From contig JAJCTO010000010.1 in the NCBI GenBank assembly GCA_046563655.1, forward strand, positions 310,001 through 374,000: a stretch of 64,000 nt of DNA, read 5' to 3'. This document shows positions 40,601 through 55,600 of the stretch, in pieces. The position numbers and the translations under genes were made by a program. The notes under the pieces were generated by a model. The model saw only the letters and a program-made list of their open reading frames with translations, was not told the DNA's origin and made no database searches. The DNA comes from Yuukianura sp. NJ FZ-2021 (Eukaryota). Position 1 is the first letter of the stretch; each line of letters opens with the position of its first letter.

Positions 40601-43600
40601 AAATTTATTTCTCAAAACTGTGTAAATGTAGCGTCTTTGTGTCGCTATAAAAAGAGTATCTTCTAGAACCAGGTAAATTTTTTCCATCCCGCTGGAAAGT
40701 ATTACAGCAAACTTTGTTTCCCTCTAAGTCTCGGCAGCGTGTTGCGATCATCGGAAACTTGACCAACGTGGATTCGACGTCGTGAGTTCGAATATTTACC
40801 TTCAAATTAATTTCTCAAAACTGTGTAAATGTAGCGTTTTTGGGTCGCTATAAAAACAGCATCCTCCAGAACTAGGTAATTTATTTCCATGCCGAAGAAC
40901 CACAATACATCCAAATATTTTGTTTCCGTTTACGTCTCGGCAGCGTGATGCGATCAGCGGAAACTTCACCAACGTGGATTCCAAGTCGTGAGTTCGAATA
41001 CTTACCGTCAAATTTATTTCTCAAAACTGTGTAAATGTAGCGTCTTTGTGTCGCTATAAAAAGAGTATCTTCTAGAACCAGGTAAATTTTTTCCATCCCG
41101 CTGGAAAGTATTACAGCAAACTTTGTTTCCCTCTAAGTCTCGGCAGCGTGTTGCGATCATCGGAAACTTGACCAACGTGGATTCGACGTCGTGAGTTCGA
41201 ATATTTACCTTCAAATTAATTTCTCAAAACTGTGTAAATGTAGCGTTTTTGGGTCGCTATAAAAACAGCATCCTCCAGAACTAGGTAATTTATTTCCATG
41301 CCGAAGAACCACAATACATCCAAATATTTTGTTTCCGTTTACGTCTCGGCAGCGTGATGCGATCAGCGGAAACTTCACCAACGTGGATTCCAAGTCGTGA
41401 GTTCGAATACTTACCGTCAAATTTATTTCTCAAAACTGTGTAAATGTAGCGTCTTTGTGTCGCTATAAAAAGAGTATCTTCTAGAACCAGGTAAATTTTT
41501 TCCATCCCGCTGGAAAGTATTACAGCAAACTTTGTTTCCCTCTAAGTCTCGACAGCGTGTTGAGATCCTCGGAAATTTGACCAACGTGGATTCGAAGTCG
41601 TGAGTTCGAATATTTACCTTCAAATTAATTTCTCAAAACTGTGTAAATGTAGCGTTTTTGGGTCGCTATAAAAACAGCATCCTCCAGAACTAGGTAATTT
41701 ATTTCCATGCCGAAGAACCACAATACATCCAAATATTTTGTTTCCGTTTACGTCTCGGCAGCGTGATGCGATCAGCGGAAACTTCACCAACGTGGATTCC
41801 AAGTCGTGAGTTCGAATACTTACCGTCAAATTTATTTCTCAAAACTGTGTAAATGTAGCGTCTTTGTGTCGCTATAAAAAGAGTATCTTCTAGAACCAGG
41901 TAAATTTTTTCCATCCCGCTGGAAAGTATTACAGCAAACTTTGTTTCCCTCTAAGTCTCGGCAGCGTGTTGCGATCATCGGAAACTTGACCAACGTGGAT
42001 TCGACGTCGTGAGTTCGAATATTTACCTTCAAATTAATTTCTCAAAACTGTGTAAATGTAGCGTTTTTGGGTCGCTATAAAAACAGCATCCTCCAGAACT
42101 AGGTAATTTATTTCCATGCCGAAGAACCACAATACATTCAAATATTTTGTTTCCGTTTACGTCTCGGCAGCGTGATGCGATCAGCGGAAACTTCACCAAC
42201 GTGGATTCGAAGTCGTGAGTTGGAATATTTACATTCAAATTTATTTCTCAAAACTGTGTAAATGTAGCGTTTTTGGATCGCTATAAAAACAGCATCCTCC
42301 AGAACTAGGTAATTTATTTCCATGCCGAAGAACCACAATACATCCAAATATTTTGTTTCCGTTTACGTCTCGGCAGCGTGATGCGATCAGCGGAAACTTC
42401 ACCAACGTGGATTCCAAGTCGTGAGTTCGAATACTTACCGTCAAATTTATTTCTCAAAACTGTGTAAATGTAGCGTCTTTGTGTCGCTATAAAAAGAGTA
42501 TCTTCTAGAACCAGGTAAATTTTTTCCATCCCGCTGGAAAGTATTACAGCAAACTTTGTTTCCCTCTAAGTCTCGGCAGCGTGTTGCGATCATCGGAAAC
42601 TTGACCAACGTGGATTCGACGTCGTGAGTTCGAATATTTACCTTCAAATTAATTTCTCAAAACTGTGTAAATGTAGCGTTTTTGGGTCGCTATAAAAACA
42701 GCATCCTCCAGAACTAGGTAATTTATTTCCATGCCGAAGAACCACAATACATCCAAATATTTTGTTTCCGTTTACGTCTCGGCAGCGTGATGCGATCAGC
42801 GGAAACTTCACCAACGTGGATTCCAAGTCGTGAGTTCGAATATTTACCGTCAAATTTATTTCTCAAAACTGTGTAAATGTAGCGTTTTTGGGTCGCTATA
42901 AAAACAGCATCCTCCAGAACTAGGTAATTTATTTCCATGCCGAAGAACCACAATACATCCAAATGTTTTGTTTCCCTCTACGTCTCGGCAGCGTGTTGCG
43001 ATCAGCGGAAACTTGACCAACGTGGATTCGAAGTCGTGAGTTCGAATATTTGCCTTCAAATTTATTTCTCAAAACTGTGTAAATGTAGCGTTTTTGGATC
43101 GCTATAAAAACAGCATCCTCCAGAACTAGGTAATTTATTTCCATGCCGAAGAACCACAATACATCCAAATATTTTGTTTCCGTTTACGTCTCGGCAGCGT
43201 GATGCGATCAGCGGAAACTTCACCAACGTGGATTCCAAGTCGTGAGTTCGAATACTTACCGTCAAATTTATTTCTCAAAACTGTGTAAATGTAGCGTCTT
43301 TGTGTCGCTATAAAAAGAGTATCTTCTAGAACCAGGTAAATTTTTTCCATCCCGCTGGAAAGTATTACAGCAAACTTTGTTTCCCTCTAAGTCTCGGCAG
43401 CGTGTTGCGATCATCGGAAACTTGACCAACGTGGATTCGACGTCGTGAGTTCGAATATTTACCTTCAAATTAATTTCTCAAAACTGTGTAAATGTAGCGT
43501 TTTTGGGTCGCTATAAAAACAGCATCCTCCAGAACTAGGTAATTTATTTCCATGCCGAAGAACCACAATACATCCAAATATTTTGTTTCCGTTTACGTCT

Positions 43601-46600
43601 CGGCAGCGTGATGCGATCAGCGGAAACTTCACCAACGTGGATTCCAAGTCGTGAGTTCGAATATTTACCGTCAAATTTATTTCTCAAAACTGTGTAAATG
43701 TAGCGTTTTTGGGTCGCTATAAAAACAGCATCCTCCAGAACTAGGTAATTTATTTCCATGCCGAAGAACCACAATACATCCAAATATTTTGTTTCCGTTT
43801 ACGTCTCGGCAGCGTGATGCGATCAGCGGAAACTTCATCAACGTGGATTCCAAGTCGTGAGTTCGAATACTTACCGTCAAATTTATTTCTCAAAACTGTG
43901 TAAATGTAGCGTCTTTGTGTCGCTATAAAAAGAGTATCTTCTAGAACCAGGTAAATTTTTTCCATCCCGCTGGAAAGTATTACAGCAAACTTTGTTTCCC
44001 TCTAAGTCTCGGCAGCGTGTTGCGATCATCGGAAACTTGACCAACGTGGATTCGACGTCGTGAGTTCGAATATTTACCTTCAAATTTATTTCTCAAAACT
44101 GTGTAAATGTAGCGTTTTTGGGTCGCTATAAAAACAGCATCCTCCAGAACTAGGTAATTTATTTCCATGCCGAAGAACCACAATACATCCAAATATTTTG
44201 TTTCCGTTTACGTCTCGGCAGCGTGATGCGATCAGCGGAAACTTCACCAACGTGGATTCCAAGTCGTGAGTTCGAATATTTACCGTCAAATTTATTTCTC
44301 AAAACTGTGTAAATGTAGCGTCTTTGGGTCGCTATAAAAAGAGTATCTTCTAGAACCAGGTAAATTTTTTCCATCCCGCTGGAAAGTATTACAGCAAACT
44401 TTGTTTCCCTCTAAGTCTCGGCAGCGTGTTGCGATCATCGGAAACTTGACCAACGTGGATTCGAAGTCGTGAGTTGGAATATTTACATTCAAATTTATTT
44501 CTCAAAACTGTGTAAATGTAGCGTTTTTGGATCGCTATAAAAACAGCATCCTCCAGAACTAGGTAATTTATTTCCATGCCGAAGAACCACAATACATCCA
44601 AATATTTTGTTTCCGTTTACGTCTCGGCAGCGTGATGCGATCAGCGGGAACTTGACGAACGTGGATTCCAAGTCGTGAGTTCGAAAATTTGCCTTCAAAT
44701 TTATTTCTCAAAACTGTGTAAATGTAGCGTCTTTGTGTCGCTATAAAAAGAGTATCTTCTAGAACCAGGTAAATTTTTTCCATCCCGCTGGAAAGTATTA
44801 CAGCAAACTTTGTTTCCCTCTAAGTCTCGGCAGCGTGTTGCGATCATCGGAAACTTGACCAACGTGGATTCGACGTCGTGAGTTCGAATATTTACCTTCA
44901 AATTAATTTCTCAAAACTGTGTAAATGTAGCGTTTTTGGGTCGCTATAAAAACAGCATCCTCCAGAACTAGGTAATTTATTTCCATGCCGAAGAACCACA
45001 ATACATTTAAATATTATGTTTCCGGTTACGTCTCGGCAGCGTGATGCGATCAGCGGGAACTTGACGAACGTGGATTCCAAGTCGTGAGTTCGAAAATTTG
45101 CCTTCAAATTTATTTCTCAAAACTGTGTAAATGTAGCGTTTTTGTGTCGCTATAAAAAGAGTATCTTCTAGAACCAGGTAAATTTTTTCCATCCCGCTGG
45201 AAAGTATTACAGCAAACTTTGTTTCCCTCTAAGTCTCGGCAGCGTGTTGCGATCATCGGAAACTTGACCAACGTGGATTCGACGTCGTGAGTTCGAATAT
45301 TTACCTTCAAATTAATTTCTCAAAACTGTGTAAATGTAGCGTTTTGGGTCGCTATAAAAACAGCATCCTCCAGAACTAGGTAATTTATTTCCATGCCGAA
45401 GAACCACAATACATCCAAATATTTTGTTTCCGTTTACGTCTCGGCAGCGTGATGCGATCAGCGGAAACTTCACCAACGTGGATTCCAAGTCGTGAGTTCG
45501 AATATTTACCGTCAAATTTATTTCTCAAAACTGTGTAAATGTAGCGTCTTTGGGTCGCTATAAAAAGAGTATCTTCTAGAACCAGGTAAATTTTTTCCAT
45601 CCCGCTGGAAAGTATTACAGCAAACTTTGTTTCCCTCTAAGTCTCGGCAGCGTGTTGCGATCATCGGAAACTTGACCAACGTGGATTCGAAGTCGTGAGT
45701 TGGAATATTTACATTCAAATTTATTTCTCAAAACTGTGTAAATGTAGCGTTTTTGGATCGCTATAAAAACAGCATCCTCCAGAACTAGGTAATTTATTTC
45801 CATGCCGAAGAACCACAATACATTCAAATATTTTGTTTCCGTTTACGTCTCTGCAGCGTGATGCGATCAGCGGGAACTTGACGAACGTGGATTCCAAGTC
45901 GTGAGTTCGAAAATTTGCCTTCAAATTTATTTCTCAAAACTGTGTAAATGTAGCGTCTTTGTGTCGCTATAAAAAGAGTATCTTCTAGAACCAGGTAAAT
46001 TTTTTCCATCCCGCTGGAAAGTATTACAGCAAACTTTGTTTCCCTCTAAGTCTCGGCAGCGTGTTGCGATCATCGGAAACTTGACCAACGTGGATTCGAC
46101 GTCGTGAGTTCGAATATTTACCTTCAAATTAATTTCTCAAAACTGTGTAAATGTAGCGTTTTTGGGTCGCTATAAAAACAGCATCCTCCAGAACTAGGTA
46201 ATTTATTTCCATGCCGAAGAACCACAATACATCCAAATATTTTGTTTCCGTTTACGTCTCGGCAGCGTGATGCGATCAGCGGAAACTTCACCAACGTGGA
46301 TTCCAAGTCGTGAGTTCGAATATTTACCATCAAATTTATTTCTCAAAACTGTGTAAATGTAGCGTCTTTGGGTCGCTATAAAAAGAGTATCTTCTAGAAC
46401 CAGGTAAATTTTTTCCATCCCGCTGGAAAGTATTACAGCAAACTTTGTTTCCCTCTAAGTCTCGGCAGCGTGTTGCGATCATCGGAAACTTGACCAACGT
46501 GGATTCGACGTCGTGAGTTCGAATATTTACCTTCAAATTAATTTCTCAAAACTGTGTAAATGTAGCGTTTTTGGGTCGCTATAAAAACAGCAACCTCCAG

Positions 46601-49600
46601 AACTAGGTAATTTATTTCCATGCCGAAGAACCACAATACATCCAAATATTTTGTTTCCGTTTACGTCTCGGCAGCGTGATGCGATCAGCGGAAACTTCAC
46701 CAACGTGGATTCCAAGTCGTGAGTTCGAATATTTACCGTCAAATTTATTTCTCAAAACTGTGTAAATGTAGCGTCTTTGGGTCGCTATAAAAAGAGTATC
46801 TTCTAGAACCAGGTAAATTTTTTCCATCCCGCTGGAAAGTATTACAGCAAACTTTGTTTCCCTCTAAGTCTCGGCAGCGTGTTGCGATCATCGGAAACTT
46901 GACCAACGTGGACTCGACGTCGTGAGTTCGAATATTTACCTTCAAATTAATTTCTCAAAACTGTGTAAATGTAGCGTTTTTGGGTCGCTATAAAAACAGC
47001 ATCCTCCAGAACTAGGTAATTTATTTCCATGCCGAAGAACCACAATACATCCAAATATTTTGTTTCCGTTTACGTCTCGGCAGCGTGATGCGATCAGCGG
47101 AAACTTCACCAACGTGGATTCCAAGTCGTGAGTTCGAATATTTACCGTCAAATTTATTTCTCAAAACTGTGTAAATGTAGCGTCTTTGGGTCGCTATAAA
47201 AACAGTATCTTCTAGAACCAGGTAAATTTTTTCCATCCCGCTGGAAAGTATTACAGCAAACTTTGTTTCCCTCTAAGTCTCGGCAGCGTGTTGCGATCAT
47301 CGGAAACTTGACCAACGTGGATTCGACGTCGTGAGTTCGAATATTTACCTTCAAATTTATTTCTCAAAACTGTGTAAATGTAGCGTTTTTGGGTCGCTAT
47401 AAAAACAGCATCCTCCAGAACTAGGTAATTTATTTCCATGCCGAAGAACCACAATACATCCAAATATTATGTTTCCGGTTACGTCTCGGCAGCGTGATGC
47501 GATCAGCGGGAACTTGACGAACGTGGATTCCAAGTCGTGAGTTCGAAAATTTGCCTTCAAATTTATTTCTCAAAACTGTGTAAATGTAGCGTCTTTGGGT
47601 CGCTATAAAAAGAGTATCTTCTAGAACCAGGTAAATTTTTTCCATCCCGCTGAAAACTATTACAGCAAACTTTGTTTCCCTCTAAGTCTCGGCAGCGTGT
47701 TGCGATCATCGGAAACTTGACCAACGTGGATTCGACGTCGTGAGTTCGAATATTTACATTCAAATTTATTTCTCAAAACTGTGTAAATGTAGCGTCTTTG
47801 GATCGCTATAAAAACAGCATCCTCCAGAACTAGGTAATTTATTTCCATGCCGAAGAACCACAATACATCCAAATATTATGTTTCCGGTTACGTCTCGTAA
47901 GCGTGATGCGATCAGCGGGAAACTTGACGAACGTGGATTCCAAGTCGTGAGTTCGAAAATTTGCCTTCAAATTTATTTCTCAAAACTGTGTAAATGTAGC
48001 GTCTTTGGATCGCTATAAAAACAGCATCCTCCAGAACTAGGTAATTTATTTCCATGCCGAAGAACCACAATACATCCAAATATTTTGTTTCCGTTTACGT
48101 CTCGGCAGCGTGATGCGATCAGCGGGAACTTGACGAACGTGGATTCCAAGTCGTGAGTTCGAAAATTTGCCTTCAAATTTATTTCTCAAAACTGTGTAAA
48201 TGTAGCGTCTTTGTGTCGCTATAAAAAGAGTATCTTCTAGAACCAGGTAAATTCCTTCCATCCCGCTGGAAAGTATTACAGCAAACTTTGTTTAACTCTA
48301 AGTCTCGACAGCGTGTTGAGATCCTCGGAAACTTGCCCAACGTGGATTCGAAGTCGTGAGTTGGAATATTTACCTTCAAATTTATTTCTCAAAACTGTGT
48401 AAATGTAGCGTTTTTGGGTTGCTATAAAAACAGCATCCTCCAGAACTAGGTAGTTTATTTCCATGCCGAAGAACCACAATACATCCAAATATTTTGTTTC
48501 CGTTTACGTCTCGGGAGCGTGATGCGATCAGCGGAAACTTCACCAACGTGGATTCCAAGTCGTGAGTTCGAATATTTACCGTCAAATTTATTTCTCAAAA
48601 CTGTGTAAATGTAGCGTCTTTGGGTCGCAATAAAAAGAGTATCTTCTAGAACCAGGTATATTCCTTCCATCCCGCTGGAAAGTATTACAGCAAACTTTGT
48701 TTCCCTCTAAGTCTCGACAGCGTGTTGAGATCCTCGGAAACTTGACCAACGTGGATTCGAAGTCGTGAGTTGGAATATTTACCTTCAAATTTATTTCTCA
48801 AAACTGTGTAAATGTAGCGTTTTTGGGTCGCTATAAAAACAGCATCCTCCAGAACTAGGTAATTTATTTCCATGCCGAAGAACCACAATACATCCAAATA
48901 TTATGTTTCCGGTTACGTCTCGGCAGCGTGATGCGATCAGCGGGAACTTGACGAACGTGGATTCCAAGTCGTGAGTTCGAAAATTTGCCTTCAAATTTAT
49001 TTCTCAAAACTGTGTAAATGTAGCGTCTTTGGGTCGCTATAAAAAGAGTATCTTCTAGAACCAGGTAAATTTTTTCCATCCCGCTGAAAACTATTACAGC
49101 AAACTTTGTTTCCCTCTAAGTCTCGGCAGCGTGTTGCGATCATCGGAAACTTGACCAACGTGGATTCGACGTCGTGAGTTCGAATATTTACTTTCAAATT
49201 TATTTCTCAAAACTGTGTAAATGTAACAATACATCCAAATATTTTGTTTCCGTTTACGTCTCGGCAGCGTGATGCGATCAGCGGGAACTTGACGAACGTG
49301 GATTCCAAGTCGTGAGTTCGAAAATTTGCCTTCAAATTTATTTCTCAAAACTGTGTAAATGTAGCGTCTTTGGGTCGCTATAAAAAGAGTATCTTCTAGA
49401 ACCAGGTTTCCATCCCGCTGGAAAGTATTACAATTCGAAGTCGTGAGTTCGAATATTTGCCTTCAAATTTATTTCTCAAAACTGTGTAAATGTAGCGTTT
49501 TTGGGTCGCTATAAAAACAGCATCCTCCAGAACTAGGTAATTTATTTCCATGCCGAAGAACCACAATACATCCAAATATTTTGTTTCCGTTTACGTCTCG

Positions 49601-52600
49601 GCAGCGTGATGCGATCAGCGGAAACTTCACCAACGTGGATTCCAAGTCGTGAGTTCGAATATTTACCGTCAAATTTATTTCTCAAAACTGTGTAAATGTA
49701 GCGTCTTTGGGTCGCTATAAAAAGAGTATCTTCTAGAACCAGGTATATTCCTTCCATCCCGCTGGAAAGTATTACAGCAAACTTTGTTTCCCTCTAAGTC
49801 TCGACAGCGTGTTGAGATCCTCGGAAACTTGACCAACGTGGATTCGAAGTCGTGAGTTGGAATATTTACCTTCAAATTTATTTCTCAAAACTGTGTAAAT
49901 GTAGCGTTTTTGGGTCGCTATAAAAACAGCATCCTCCAGAACTAGGTAATTTATTTCCATGCCGAAGAACCACAATACATCCAAATATTTTGTTTCCGTT
50001 TACGTCTCGGCAGCGTGTTGCGATCAGCGGAAACTTGACCAACGTGGATTCGACGTCGTGAGTTCGAATATTTACTTTCAAATTAATTTCTCAAAACTGT
50101 GTAAATGTAGTGTCTTTGGGTCGCTATAAAAAGAGTATCTTCTAGAACCAGGTAAATTCCTTCCATCCCGCTGGAATGTATTACAGCAAACTTTGTTTCC
50201 CTCTAAGTCTCGGCAGCGTGTTGCGATCAGCGGAAACTTGACCAACGTGGATTCGACGTCGTGAGTTCGAATATTTACCTTCAAATTTATTTCTCAAAAC
50301 TGTGTAAATGTAGCGTTTTTGGGTCGCTATAAAAACAGCATCCTCCAGAACTAGGTAATTTATTTCCATGCCGAAGAACCACAATACATCGAATATTTAC
50401 CTTCAAATTTATTTCTCAAAACTGTGTAAATGTAGCGTTTTTGGGTCGCTATAAAAACAGCATCCTCCAGAACTAGGTAATTTATTTCCATGCCGAAGAA
50501 CCACAATACATCCAAATATTATGTTTCCGGTTACGTCTCGGCAGCGTGATGCGATCAGCGGGAACTTGACGAACGTGGATTCCAAGTCGTGAGTTCGAAA
50601 ATTTGCCTTCAAATTTATTTCTCAAAACTGTGTAAATGTAGCGTCTTTGGGTCGCTATAAAAAGAGTATCTTCTAGAACCAGGTAAATTTTTTCCATCCC
50701 GCTGAAAACTATTACAGCAAACTTTGTTTCCCTCTAAGTCTCGGCAGCGTGTTGCGATCATCGGAAACTTGACCAACGTGGATTCGACGTCGTGAGTTCG
50801 AATATTTACATTCAAATTTATTTCTCAAAACTGTGTAAATGTAGCGTCTTTGGATCGCTATAAAAACAGCATCCTCCAGAACTAGGTAATTTATTTCCAT
50901 GCCGAAGAACCACAATACATCCAAATATTATGTTTCCGGTTACGTCTCGTAAGCGTGATGCGATCAGCGGGAACTTGACGAACGTGGATTCCAAGTCGTG
51001 AGTTCGAAAATTTGCCTTCAAATTTATTTCTCAAAACTGTGTAAATGTAGCGTCTTTGGATCGCTATAAAAACAGCATCCTCCAGAACTAGGTAATTTAT
51101 TTCCATGCCGAAGAACCACAATACATCCAAATATTTTGTTTCCGTTTACGTCTCGGCAGCGTGATGCGATCAGCGGGAACTTGACGAACGTGGATTCCAA
51201 GTCGTGAGTTCGAAAATTTGCCTTCAAATTTATTTCTCAAAACTGTGTAAATGTAGCGTCTTTGGGTCGCTATAAAAAGAGTATCTTCTAGAACCAGGTA
51301 AATTTTCCATGCCGAAGAACCACAATACATCCAAATATTTTGTTTCCGTTTACGATGTAGCGTCTTTGGGTCGCTATAGAACCAGGAGCGTGTTGCGATC
51401 ATCGGAAACTTGACCAACGTGGATTCGTCGTGAGTTCGAATATTTACCTTCAAATTTAATAAAAACAGCATCCTCCAGAACTAGGTAATTTATTTCCATG
51501 CCGAAGAACCACAATACATCCAAATATTTTGTTTCCGTTTACGTCTCGGCAGCGTGATGCGATCAGCGGGAACTTGACGAACGTGGATTCCAAGTCGTGA
51601 GTTCGAAAATTTGCCTTCAAATTTATTTCTCAAAACTGTGTAAATGTAGCGTCTTTGTGTCGCTATAAAAAGAGTATCTTCTAGAACCAGGTTAATTCCT
51701 TCCATCCCGCTGGAAAGTATTACAGCAAACTTTGTTTAACTCTAAGTCTCGACAGCGTGTTGAGATCCTCGGAAACTTGCCCAACGTGGATTCGAAGTCG
51801 TGAGTTGGAATATTTACCTTCAAATTTATTTCTCAAAACTGTGTAAATGTAGCGTTTTTGGGTTGCTATAAAAACAGCATCCTCCAGAACTAGGTAATTT
51901 ATTTCCATGCCGAAGAACCACAATACATCCAAATATTTTGTTTCCGTTTACGTCTCGGCAGCGTGATGCGATCAGCGGAAACTTCACCAACGTGGATTCC
52001 AAGTCGTGAGTTCGAATATTTACCGTCAAATTTATTTCTCAAAACTGTGTAAATGTAGCGTCTTTGGGTCGCAATAAAAAGAGTATCTTCTAGAACCAGG
52101 TATATTCCTTCCATCCCGCTGGAAAGTATTACAGCAAACTTTGTTTCCCTCTAAGTCTCGACAGCGTGTTGAGATCCTCGGAAACTTGACCAACGTGGAT
52201 TCGAAGTCGTGAGTTGGAATATTTACCTTCAAATTTATTTCTCAAAACTGTGTAAATGTAGCGTTTTTGGGTCGCTATAAAAACAGCATCCTCCAGAACT
52301 AGGTAATATATTTCCATGCCGAAGAACCACAATACATCCAAATATTTTGTTTCCGTTTACGTCTCGGGAGCGTGATGCGATCAGCGGAAACTTGACCAAC
52401 GTGGATTCGACGTCGTGAGTTCGAATATTTACTTTCAAATTAATTTCTCAAAACTGTGTAAATGTAGCGTCTTTGGGTCGCTATAAAAAGAGTATCTTCT
52501 AGAACCAGGTATATTCCTTCCATCCCGCTGGAAAGTATTACAGCAAACTTTGTTTCCCTCTAAGTCTCGACAGCGTGTTGAGATCCTCGGAAACTTGACC

Positions 52601-55600
52601 AACGTGGATTCGAAGTCGTGAGTTGGAATATTTACCTTCAAATTTATTTCTCAAAACTGTGTAAATGTAGCGTTTTTGGGTCGCTATAAAAACAGCATCC
52701 TCCAGAACTAGGTAATTTATTTCCATGCCGAAGAACCACAATACATCCAAATATTTTGTTTCCGTTTACGTCTCGGCAGCGTGATGCGATCAGCGGGAAC
52801 TTGACGAACGTGGATTCCAAGTCGTGAGTTCGAAAATTTGCCTTCAAATTTATTTCTCAAAACTGTGTAAATGTAGCGTCTTTGGGTCGCTATAAAAAGA
52901 GTATCTTCTAGAACCAGGTAAATTCCTTCCATCCCGCTGGAAAGTATTACAGCAAACTTTGTTTCCCTCTAAGTCTCGGCAGCGTGTTGCGATCATCGGA
53001 AACTTGACCAACGTGGATTCGACGTCGTGAGTTCGAATATTTACCTTCAAATTAATTTCTCAAAACTGTGTAAATGTAGCGTTTTTGGGTCGCTATAAAA
53101 ACAGCATCCTCCAGAACTAGGTAATTTATTTCCATGCCGAAGAACCACAATACATCCAAATATTATGTTTCCGGTTACGTCTCGTAAGCGTGATGCGATC
53201 AGCGGGAACTTGACGAACGTGGATTCCAAGTCGTGAGTTCGAAAATTTGCCTTCAAATTTATTTCTCAAAACTGTGTAAATGTAGCGTCTTTGGATCGCT
53301 ATAAAAACAGCATCCTCCAGAACTAGGTAATTTATTTCCATGCCGAAGAACCACAATACATCCAAATATTATGTTTCCGGTTACGTCTCGGCAGCGTGAT
53401 GCGATCAGCGGGAACTTGACGAACGTGGATTCCAAGTCGTGAGTTCGAATATTTACCGTCAAATTTATTTCTCAAAACTGTGTAAATGTAGCGTCTTTGG
53501 GTCGCTATAAAAAGAGTATCTTCTGGAACCAGGTAAATTTTTTCCATCCCGCTGGAAAGTATTACAGCAAACTTTGTTTCCCTCTAAGTCTCGGCAGCGT
53601 GTTGCGATCATCGGAAACTTGACCAACGTGGATTCGACGTCGTGAGTTCGAATATTTACCTTCAAATTAATTTCTCAAAACTGTGTAAATGTAGCGTTTT
53701 TGGGTCGCTATAAAAACAGCATCCTCCAGAACTAGGTAATTTATTTCCATGCCGAAGAACCACAATACATCCAAATATTATGTTTCCGGTTACGTCTCGT
53801 AAGCGTGATGCGATCAGCGGGAACTTGACGAACGTGGATTCCAAGTCGTGAGTTCGAAAATTTGCCTTCAAATTTATTTCTCAAAACTGTGTAAATGTAG
53901 CGTCTTTGGATCGCTATAAAAACAGCATCCTCCAGAACTAGGTAATTTATTTCCATGCCGAAGAACCACAATACATCCAAATATTTTGTTTCCGTTTACG
54001 TCTCGGCAGCGTGATGCGATCAGCGGGAACTTGACGAACGTGGATTCCAAGTCGTGAGTTCGAAAATTTGCCTTCAAATTTATTTCTCAAAACTGTGTAA
54101 ATGTAGCGTCTTTGGGTCGCTATAAAAAGAGTATCTTCTAGAACCAGGTAAATTTTTTCCATCCCGCTGGAAAGTATTACAGCAAACTTTGTTTCCCTCT
54201 AAGTCTCGGCAGCGTGTTGCGATCATCGGAAACTTGACCAACGTGGATTCGACGTCGTGAGTTCGAATATTTACCTTCAAATTAATTTCTCAAAACTGTG
54301 TAAATGTAGCGTTTTTGGGTCGCTATAAAAACAGCATCCTCCAGAACTAGGTAATTTATTTCCATGCCGAAGAACCACAATACATCCAAATATTTTGTTT
54401 CCGTTTACGTCTCGGCAGCGTGATGCGATCAGCGGAAACTTCACCAACGTGGATTCCAAGTCGTGAGTTCGAATATTTACCGTCAAATTTATTTCTCAAA
54501 ACTGTGTAAATGTAGCGTCTTTGGGTCGCTATAAAAAGAGTATCTTCTAGAACCAGGTAAATTCCTTCCATCCCGCTGAAAAGTATTACAGCAAACTTTG
54601 TTTCCCTCTAAGTCTCGGCAGCGTGATGCGATCAGCGGAAACTTCACCAACGTGGATTCCAAGTCGTGAGTTCGAATATTTACCGTCAAATTTATTTCTC
54701 AAAACTGTGTAAATGTAGCGTCTTTGGGTCGCGATAAAAAGAGTATCTTCTAGAACCAGGTAAATTTTTTCCATCCCGCTGGAAAGTATTACAGCAATTT
54801 TTGTTTCCCTCTAAGTCTCGGCAGCGTGTTGCGATCATCGGAAACTTGACCAACGTGGATTCGACGTCGTGAGTTCGAATATTTACCTTCAAATTAATTT
54901 CTCAAAACTGTGTAAATGTAGCGTTTTTGGGTCGCTATAAAAACAGCATCCTCCAGAACTAGGTAATTTATTTCCATGCCGAAGAACCACAATACATCCA
55001 AATATTATGTTTCCGGTTACGTCTCGGCAGCGTGATGCGATCAGCGGGAACTTGACGAACGTGGATTCCAAGTCGTGAGTTCGAAAATTTGCCTTCAAAT
55101 TTATTTCTCAAAACTGTGTAAATGTAGCGTCTTTGGGTCGCTATAAAAAGAGTATCTTCTAGAACCAGGTAAATTTTTTCCATCCCGCTGAAAAGTATTA
55201 CAGCAAACTTTGTTTCCCTCTAAGTCTCGGCAGCATGTTGCGATCATCGGAAACTTGACCAACGTGGATTCGACGTCGTGAGTTCGAATATTTACTTTCA
55301 AATTAATTTCTCAAAACTGTGTAAATGTAGCGTTTTTGGATCGCTATAAAAACAGCATCCTCCAGAACTAGGTAATTTATTTCCATGCCGAAGAACCACA
55401 ATACATCCAAATATTTTGTTTCCGTTTACGTCTCGGCAGCGTGATGCGATCAGCGGGAACTTGACGAACGTGGATTCCAAGTCGTGAGTTCGAAAATTTG
55501 CCTTCAAATTTATTTCTCAAAACTGTGTAAATGTAGCGTCTTTGTGTCGCTATAAAAAGAGTATCTTCTATAACCAGGTAAATTTTTTCCATCCCGCTGG

